From a virus (Duplodnaviria; Caudoviricetes): DNA of 64,000 nt. Both the position numbers and the translations under genes were made by a program. The stretch spans positions 1-64,000 of the IMG/VR virus record IMGVR_UViG_3300031993_000033; one strand, 5' to 3'. Of this stretch, positions 57,398 to 64,000 are shown piece by piece (positions within the stretch are counted from its first letter, which is position 1; each line of letters begins with the position of its first letter). The notes under the pieces were generated by a model. The model was not told where the DNA came from and ran no database searches. It saw nothing but the letters and a program-made list of their open reading frames with translations.

Positions 57398-58120
57398 ATG
57401 TCAGAAACAAAGAAGAAGTCGGTGTTTGAAACGCTGGCGAGCATCGACACAACAAATGATGTGGTGTCTAAGGGCGACGGTAAGTATTCTGTTACTTATG
57501 TTCCGTGGGCGCGTTCAATCGAAAAACTGCGTATGTATTATCCTGATGCCATTATTGAGGAGTGTACTTTTAAGACTCAGAAGTTAGTCTCGGTGCTTGC
57601 CTCTAAAACAGCAGAAGGGGAGACATACCATAGTGAGCTTGTCGAGGTTGAACTTCCCTACGGCACAGACGGTAATACCTGTTGGGTTAAGACCTGCGTT
57701 AAGATACCGTCACAGGGCATTGAGGAATACTGCACCCTGCCTATAATGGACAACCGCAATCAGGCTGTTCCTGCGGCAAACGTAAAGAGCACAGACGTAA
57801 ACAAGGCTCTCAGGCGTTGCGTGGCAAAGAATATAGCGTACCTCGGATATGGCTTATCATCATGGTTAAAGGATGACTACACTGATCTTGCAAAGGATAA
57901 GAAGGTGTTGGACGGACTTGACAGACAGGACGCTATTGGCAAGTTTAAGGCTAAGATTAAGGACGGCTATGACCGCGATAAGCTGGCTGCTTGGTTACAG
58001 GCAAACTTTGGCGGTTGCAAGAACCCGATGAATCTGAGCGATGAGCTTCTTGAAAGGCTTAACGAGGAGCTTGACAAACTGGACATTAAGGACTTTCAGT
58101 CCGAGAAGAAATCTAAGTAA
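57398..58120 (+). CDS. Sak-like (DUF1071/Rad52-like) single-strand annealing protein
   Basis: YVPWA, LPIMDNRN, DVNKALRRCVAK..A..GYGL; adjacent to ssb. Confidence 0.8.
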   Translation: MSETKKKSVFETLASIDTTNDVVSKGDGKYSVTYVPWARSIEKLRMYYPDAIIEECTFKTQKLVSVLASKTAEGETYHSELVEVELPYGTDGNTCWVKTCVKIPSQGIEEYCTLPIMDNRNQAVPAANVKSTDVNKALRRCVAKNIAYLGYGLSSWLKDDYTDLAKDKKVLDGLDRQDAIGKFKAKIKDGYDRDKLAAWLQANFGGCKNPMNLSDELLERLNEELDKLDIKDFQSEKKSK

Positions 58121-58137
58121 TGGAGGTTATTTAAGTA

Positions 58138-58542
58138 ATGAATAAGGTAATTCTTATAGGCAGAATCTCAAGCGATATTGACGTAAGACAGACTCAGGGT
58201 GGCACTTCCACGGCTACATTTAACATTGCTGTGGATAGAAATATAGGGGCTGGCAAGGATAAGGCAACCGACTTTATCCGTTGCGTAGCTTGGGGCAAGA
58301 CAAGCGAATTTCTGGCTAAATATTTCAGCAAGGGCAAGCAGATAGCTCTTGAGGGCAATATCAAAACCGGCTCTTACGAGAAGGACGGCACTAAGCATTT
58401 CACAACTGATGTGTGGGTAGACAAGGTGGAGTTTGTCGGCTCTAAGGGCGACGGTGGTGCTAAGACTGAGACACAGGCAGCTCCGGCAAAGGCTGAGACA
58501 CCTGCCGAAACAGAGACAGCTTCAGAAGATATTCCTTTCTAA
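58138..58542 (+). CDS. ssb: Single-stranded DNA-binding protein
   Basis: MNKVILIGR, OB-fold motifs, acidic DIPF tail. Confidence 0.95.
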   Translation: MNKVILIGRISSDIDVRQTQGGTSTATFNIAVDRNIGAGKDKATDFIRCVAWGKTSEFLAKYFSKGKQIALEGNIKTGSYEKDGTKHFTTDVWVDKVEFVGSKGDGGAKTETQAAPAKAETPAETETASEDIPF

Positions 58543-58549
58543 TGGTAAA

Positions 58550-58567
58550 GCCGCCCTTCGGGGCGGC
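58550..58567 (+). other. UUCG-capped GC hairpin after ssb
   Basis: GCCGCCC-TTCG-GGGCGGC; no U-tract. Confidence 0.55.
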
Positions 58568-58595
58568 AAGCCTATAATATAAAAGGAGTGGTAAG

Positions 58596-59333
58596 GTGGA
58601 CTTAACTAAAAAAGAGTGGTCGTATAGCTCTCTCAAACTCTACGAGACTTGTCCGTGGGCGTTCTATCTGAAATATGTTGAGGATATAACTGAGGGCGAT
58701 AATGCCTTTGCACAACACGGTTCACTGGCTCACAGCATTTTAGAACGCTGGGCGAAGGGTGAGCTTTACGAGTTTGAGCTTGCGGACACATTTGAACAAG
58801 AATATGATATGTGGGTGACTGAGAAGTTCCCATATTTTAATATGTATAAGGCTTTCTACGACAAGACTCTTGCATACTTCCAGAATTTTGACGGCATTGC
58901 CGGTGAGATAATCGGGGTAGAGCAAGAGCTGAAAGCTGTGATAGGTGGGCATAAGTTTATCGGATTTGCGGACTTAATAGTGCGTGACGAGAACGGAATT
59001 GTGCTCATAGATTACAAGTCGCACGGTGCTTGGAAGTCCAAGAAGGAACGTGCCGACTATATGCGCCAGCTTTATCTGTACGCTTACCGCATAAAGGAAA
59101 TGTACGGCGAGTTTCCGTATAAGTTAGTATTCAATAAGTTCCGGTGCGATGAGCCGTGGGACGAGGAGCTGTTCAAAGAGGGCGACTACACGGCGGCGAT
59201 AGACTGGTTCAAGGTTGGCGTTGATACAATACTGGCTACGACTGACTGGGAGTGCAAGGTTGATAAGTTTTACTGTGAGAGCCTTTGCAGACTGAATTGC
59301 GTTTATAGTGGGGTGGATGAAGATGATAGATAA
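58596..59333 (+). CDS. PD-(D/E)XK exonuclease (RecB/Cas4-like)
   Basis: SYSSL..Y..CP, G...H, E, G.AD, IDYKS, QL..Y, C-terminal Cys cluster. Confidence 0.85.
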   Translation: MDLTKKEWSYSSLKLYETCPWAFYLKYVEDITEGDNAFAQHGSLAHSILERWAKGELYEFELADTFEQEYDMWVTEKFPYFNMYKAFYDKTLAYFQNFDGIAGEIIGVEQELKAVIGGHKFIGFADLIVRDENGIVLIDYKSHGAWKSKKERADYMRQLYLYAYRIKEMYGEFPYKLVFNKFRCDEPWDEELFKEGDYTAAIDWFKVGVDTILATTDWECKVDKFYCESLCRLNCVYSGVDEDDR

Positions 59334-61203
59334 GGAACTTATAGCGGAGGCAAAAGAGAAAATAGGCATAAATGCCGCCGATATAATGGCTGATGTTCTT
59401 TCTCTTGAGCAGTATGACAGCAAGAATAAAAAAGCATTGTGCTGTTGGCACAGCGAGAAAACTCCGAGTCTGATTTTTGACCAAAAGAGACTGAGGTTTC
59501 ATTGTTTTTCTTGCGGCAAGAGCGTTGATCTCCTCGATTCCTATATACAAGGCAAAGGAATGACGTTCAACGAAGCTGCTACAAAGGTCTTTGAGCTTGC
59601 CGGTATGGATATACCAATGCCGGAGGTCGGCGTAAAAAAGGATAAGACTTATCGCTATCCTACCCTTACTCACGCTGATATGACACCCGCTTACGAATAT
59701 CTGGCAAAGCGTGGCATCAGCAAGGCTGTTGTTGACTATGCCGGACTTTCATGTGACGGTAACGGCAATATTGAGTTTCCATTCATTGACAGCAATGACG
59801 TTCTCAAGACGGTCAAGCTCCGTCCTGCCCATAAAGTAGAAAAGGGCAAAGGTGCAAAATGTTGGGTTCAAAAAGATACTGACCACGAAAGCGTTCTGTT
59901 TTTACAGCATCTTGCCAATCCGTCAGAGCCTTTATTGATAACAGAGGGGGCTATTGACTGTCTCGCTGCTATTGAGTCTGGCTACAAGAACTCAGTCAGC
60001 ATTCCTTTTGGGTGTGCCGATATGTCTTGGATAGACGCTCAGTGGGACTTCCTTGAACAGTTTGACACCATAGTAGTGGCTGGCGATAACGATGCCGCAG
60101 GTCGCAAATTCAATAAGGCTGTTGTGGCGAGATTGGGACAATGGCGATGCCGCGCGGTTCAATACCCAACTTCATTCAAGAAGCCTGATGGCACAGAGAT
60201 TAAAGTCTCAGACACCAACGAAGTTATGTATTGGTACGGCAAAGAAAAGGTGCTGGAATGTGTTTTAGAGGCAATAAATGCGCCTATCCCTACCGTCGTA
60301 GACTTCTCCAACGTCAGAGATTATAACCTCGACGAAGTGGACGGTGTTACCTTTGGACTGAAAGAGCTGGATAAAGTCTTAATGCGTAATTTTTCCGGCT
60401 CTCTAACAACCGTATTTTCTAAAGCAGCGTCAGGTAAAACATCGCTCATGGGACAATTGACTGCGGAAACACTAAATGACGGCAAGTCGTTATTTATGTA
60501 CTCGCAGGAACTCTCAAATCAGCTCCAAGCCAACTGGATTATGTACAGCATAGCAGGTCGTCGCAATATCAATTCTTTTATCAGCAAGGAGGGAACTCCG
60601 TATTATCGTGTTACCCCTGCTGCCCGTAAAGAGATATTGGACTTCTACAAAGGACAGCTTTATCTCTACAAAGACGGAGAAAGCATTGACATAGACGACA
60701 TTCTCAAGACTGCCGAGATATGTGTGCGCCGCTACGGTTGCTCCCTTGTGATACTTGATAACTTGACTTGCATATCCTGTAAAGGCTGTGACTCTGACCT
60801 TATGCGCCAGACAGAGATCGTCCGCAAGTGCGTAAGATTTGCCTTGACGTACAACGTGGCAGTATTCCTCGTGGCACACTCAAGAAAGACCAATGAAAGT
60901 CTCGGTATGGACGATGCCTCCGGCTCAATGAATATCGCTAATCTCTCTTGCCGTATGCTTGGTATGGAGCGCAACGCACAGGGCGGTGCTACCGTTAAGA
61001 TAATTAAGGACAGATACCTCGGCAAAAATGGAGTATCGGTTAATCTGAATTTTGACTATCCAAGCCGCAGATTTTTCACTGACGAGGACGAGTTAAATCG
61101 CGTGTATTCTTGGGATAAGGGCAACTGCTTGGCTGAGAACCCACCTGAATGCGTGGTAATGGAGCAAATAAAAGAAACGGAACAAGAAGTGTTTGGAGCG
61201 TGA
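59317..61203 (+). CDS. Primase-helicase (CHC2 zinc finger, TOPRIM, SF4 helicase)
   Basis: CCWHSEKTPS..CFSC, ITEGAID, DND.AG, ASGKT, ILDNL, VAHSRK. Confidence 0.9.
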   Translation: MKMIDKELIAEAKEKIGINAADIMADVLSLEQYDSKNKKALCCWHSEKTPSLIFDQKRLRFHCFSCGKSVDLLDSYIQGKGMTFNEAATKVFELAGMDIPMPEVGVKKDKTYRYPTLTHADMTPAYEYLAKRGISKAVVDYAGLSCDGNGNIEFPFIDSNDVLKTVKLRPAHKVEKGKGAKCWVQKDTDHESVLFLQHLANPSEPLLITEGAIDCLAAIESGYKNSVSIPFGCADMSWIDAQWDFLEQFDTIVVAGDNDAAGRKFNKAVVARLGQWRCRAVQYPTSFKKPDGTEIKVSDTNEVMYWYGKEKVLECVLEAINAPIPTVVDFSNVRDYNLDEVDGVTFGLKELDKVLMRNFSGSLTTVFSKAASGKTSLMGQLTAETLNDGKSLFMYSQELSNQLQANWIMYSIAGRRNINSFISKEGTPYYRVTPAARKEILDFYKGQLYLYKDGESIDIDDILKTAEICVRRYGCSLVILDNLTCISCKGCDSDLMRQTEIVRKCVRFALTYNVAVFLVAHSRKTNESLGMDDASGSMNIANLSCRMLGMERNAQGGATVKIIKDRYLGKNGVSVNLNFDYPSRRFFTDEDELNRVYSWDKGNCLAENPPECVVMEQIKETEQEVFGA

Positions 61204-61208
61204 TTAAT

Positions 61209-61793
61209 ATGCAGAGAAATGATGTAATTTACGGCAAGAAAACAGATGATTTACAGAAATGCTCATACGTTGAGGTCTGGCTGCGTGACGGTGATAATGG
61301 ATTTGGTGTCTGTTATCACCACGCCGGTCACGGCTGTATTTGGCATTACTTGCTCAAAAATGTTGACAAGTACGATGAGGTCGTTAATACAATACTTGAG
61401 CTTATTTGTGGTGCTGATAGTTTCACAGAGGTCTACGACATACTTGTTGACTATTTCTCGTCGGACGATATATACGAATACTTGGACGATGAGCCGGAGT
61501 ATGAAGAACCGCCTATGAGGTCGGAAGAAGAAATCCGCGAATATGAGTCAGAAGCGTTTGATCGCGTGTGGCTTGTGAGAAAGCAAAATATGTTTGTCAA
61601 TATGCTTGAGGGTACTGAGAGTGTGCAGGTTGACATTCTCGACGGTTGCATAAAGGCTATTGATAAGGTGTGCGAGAAGTATGGGATAGACTTCAAAGAG
61701 CCTGTAAGCGATTGGGACTACGGTTATTGGAGTGGTATACTGGCTGCGCTGAGATGGGTTATGGGTGACGAAAAGGATTTCTTAGATACATAA
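61209..61793 (+). CDS. Hypothetical protein
   Basis: ORF track; G.LAALRWVMGDE..FLDT. Confidence 0.6.
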   Translation: MQRNDVIYGKKTDDLQKCSYVEVWLRDGDNGFGVCYHHAGHGCIWHYLLKNVDKYDEVVNTILELICGADSFTEVYDILVDYFSSDDIYEYLDDEPEYEEPPMRSEEEIREYESEAFDRVWLVRKQNMFVNMLEGTESVQVDILDGCIKAIDKVCEKYGIDFKEPVSDWDYGYWSGILAALRWVMGDEKDFLDT

Positions 61794-61804
61794 GGATGAT
61801 GATT

Positions 61805-64000
61805 ATGCGAAAGTATGTTAATTACCACAAACACGATCATATTTCCTCTTTTCTCACCCCCGACACTCATATAAAGGCAGAAGAATATGTTAAACGTGCA
61901 GTAGAGTTGGGCGATACAATGTATTTCACAACTAATCACGGCACAGGCGGTGATATATTTGAGGCAAAAACCTTGTGCGATAAGTATGGTCTGCGCTGTA
62001 TGTTTGGCATTGAGGGCTATATAGTCGCCAATCCTTTAGAAAAGGACAAATCTAATTACCACATTATCATCATACCGCGCACCGATGTGGCTCGTAAGAA
62101 AGTCAATTATGTTAGCTCTCATGCTCATATTGACGGTTATTATTACAAGCCCCGTATCTTCATTGATGATTTACTGGCATTGGATAAGGACGACATATAT
62201 CTGTCTACAGCCTGTGTCGCCGGTCTTTTAAAGACTGATGATGCTATTGAGAACATATTTCAGCCGTTAGTACGGCACTTTGGTGAGAATATGTTTGTTG
62301 AAGTACAGGCTCATAATGTAGAAGTGCAGAAACAGCATAATATCAAATGTCTTGAAATAGCACAGCAGTACGGGTTAAAACTTATCGCCGCCACAGATAG
62401 CCACTATATTTATCCAGAGCAAGCGATTGAACGTAAGGCTTACTTAGAGGGCAAAGGGCTTAATTATGGCGACGAAGATGAGTTCTTGCTTGACTATCCT
62501 GACGGCAACACTCTCTATCAAAGATTTATAGATCAAGGTGTTTTGTCACCACGACAGATAGACGAAGCTATGAACAGCACTTTTGTCTTTGAGAGTTGTG
62601 AGGATATTCAGCTTGACAAAGAGATTAAAATGCCTACGATATATTCAAATCTTACACCACAAGAGCGAGTTGATGAACTGCGCAAACACGTTTACAAAGC
62701 GTGTGAAAAGACTTGCATAGAAGAAAATATATCCGAAGCCGATAAGCCAAAATATATTGCCGAGATAGAGGATGAGTTAAAAACTGTTGCTGATACAATC
62801 TCTATCAACACGGCAGACTACTTCTTATTTAATGAGAAGAATACAGACCTTGCGGTTAATAAGTACGGTGGTATTCTTACAAGAACAGGCAGAGGCTCAT
62901 GTGGAGCTTATTATTTAAACAAGCTTTTAGGTATGACACAGATTGATATGCTCAAATCACCTGTTAAATTGTACGCGAGCCGCTTCATGTCAACTGCGAG
63001 GCTGTTGGAGAACAGAGCACTCCCAGACATAGATTTTAACGTAGTATCGCAAGAACCGTTTCAGAAAGCCTCTAAAGAGCTACTTGGCGAACACGGTTGT
63101 TATCCTATGATAGCTTACGGCACAATGCAAGAGGGTGAAGCCTTTAGAAATGTTTGCCGATCCCACGGTTTGGCTTTTGATGAGTTCAATGATGTTGCTA
63201 AAAATATTGAGAAGTATGCCGATAACAATAAGTGGAAACCGATAATCGAGGAAAGTAAGCGATATGTAGGTGCGATAGTATCTGCTTCGGTTCACCCTTG
63301 CGCTCATATTCTCGATAACAAAGACTTGCGTTATGAGTATGGTGTCGTAAGAGTAGGTGACAATTTATGTGTTATGATAACATCGTCCGAAGCAGACGAA
63401 TACAAAATTTTGAAAAATGACTACTTGATTGTTTCTGTTTGGAAGTTAATCTCTGAAACCTTTGAGATGATAGGTATGCCTATTATGAGCATACAGCAGC
63501 TCAATGAAGCTCTTGACGATAAGACATTTGAGCTTTTTAAAAAAGGACTGACCGCTACACTTAATCAAGTCGATGGAGATTGGGCAACTTCACTAATGAA
63601 ACAATATCAAGCAACTAACGTGAGAGAGTGTGCAATGTTCACAGCGGCTCTTAGACCGTCATTTGAATCGTGGCGTGATATGTTCATATCAAGAACCAAG
63701 TATGACACGGGCTGTCCACAGTTTGATGAAGTCTTAAAAGAGACTGGCTCGTTCATACTTTTCCAAGAAAACCTTATGCAATACTTTGAATGGCTCGGTG
63801 TATCACCTGCCGAATCAATAGGGCTTATAAAGAAAATCAGCAAGAAGAAAATAAAGCCCGAAGATTTTAGCAAGTTGGAGGATAGGTTGCACGAGAATTG
63901 GATTAAACAGGTCGGCAATGATGATAAGTTCCAAGATATATGGAATCTCGTACAAAGCTGTATGTCATACGGATTTGCCGCGCCTCATGCGGTAGCCACA
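61805..64000 (+). CDS. dnaE: DNA polymerase III alpha subunit (partial, runs off window)
   Basis: PHP motifs NYHKH, TNHG, ATDSHY; GRGS; PDID; YGF. Confidence 0.92.
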   Translation, partial: MRKYVNYHKHDHISSFLTPDTHIKAEEYVKRAVELGDTMYFTTNHGTGGDIFEAKTLCDKYGLRCMFGIEGYIVANPLEKDKSNYHIIIIPRTDVARKKVNYVSSHAHIDGYYYKPRIFIDDLLALDKDDIYLSTACVAGLLKTDDAIENIFQPLVRHFGENMFVEVQAHNVEVQKQHNIKCLEIAQQYGLKLIAATDSHYIYPEQAIERKAYLEGKGLNYGDEDEFLLDYPDGNTLYQRFIDQGVLSPRQIDEAMNSTFVFESCEDIQLDKEIKMPTIYSNLTPQERVDELRKHVYKACEKTCIEENISEADKPKYIAEIEDELKTVADTISINTADYFLFNEKNTDLAVNKYGGILTRTGRGSCGAYYLNKLLGMTQIDMLKSPVKLYASRFMSTARLLENRALPDIDFNVVSQEPFQKASKELLGEHGCYPMIAYGTMQEGEAFRNVCRSHGLAFDEFNDVAKNIEKYADNNKWKPIIEESKRYVGAIVSASVHPCAHILDNKDLRYEYGVVRVGDNLCVMITSSEADEYKILKNDYLIVSVWKLISETFEMIGMPIMSIQQLNEALDDKTFELFKKGLTATLNQVDGDWATSLMKQYQATNVRECAMFTAALRPSFESWRDMFISRTKYDTGCPQFDEVLKETGSFILFQENLMQYFEWLGVSPAESIGLIKKISKKKIKPEDFSKLEDRLHENWIKQVGNDDKFQDIWNLVQSCMSYGFAAPHAVAT

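Noticed and set aside
58596-59333. Cas4/CRISPR system
   Set aside because: No repeat-spacer array or other cas genes; context is Sak-SSB recombination
1-64000. Genome-wide TAG reassignment (code 15) to explain the terL stop
   Set aside because: Other long genes are intact in code 11, TAG ends at least two genes (22663, 57139), and no CUA-anticodon cloverleaf is present in the window
1-64000. DGR, retron or IS element
   Set aside because: No reverse transcriptase, template/variable repeat pair or transposase recognised

Overview
64 kb of a large SPbeta-like (YonO-encoding) siphovirus of a Clostridia host; a dockerin-like gene hints at a Ruminococcus-type host. Left arm (1-38.9 kb, minus strand): tape measure, tail, neck, capsid, portal and terminase genes, then a GT2 glycosyltransferase, tyrosine recombinase, tRNA/ncRNA cluster, phosphoesterase, MBL nuclease, ClpP, YonO-type RNA polymerase, UvrD helicase and four free-standing homing endonucleases. 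A 1.6 kb non-coding divergence region (39.0-40.5 kb) is rich in palindromes. Right arm (plus strand): about 45 small early genes under sigma-A promoters, a twister ribozyme, a second tyrosine recombinase, a ParB-like gene, a second tRNA cluster, then recombination/replication genes (Sak-like, SSB, PD-(D/E)XK nuclease, primase-helicase, DnaE). Most notable: (1) terL is interrupted by CUU-UAG-CUU, a matched take-off/stop/landing site suggesting a natural 6-nt ribosomal stop-hop; (2) the MBL nuclease needs a +1 shift at CAU-CGG-C to restore its HxHxDH motif; (3) about 50 strand-polarised CGGAAA motifs are confined to 41.3-50.2 kb; (4) about 20 imperfect palindromes (TNRAA-N6-TTYNA) mark gene junctions like recombination-cassette sites; (5) several tRNA mimics, pseudoknots and anti-RBS segments lie in the tRNA clusters. 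Product calls come from motif recognition and synteny only; no searches were run.
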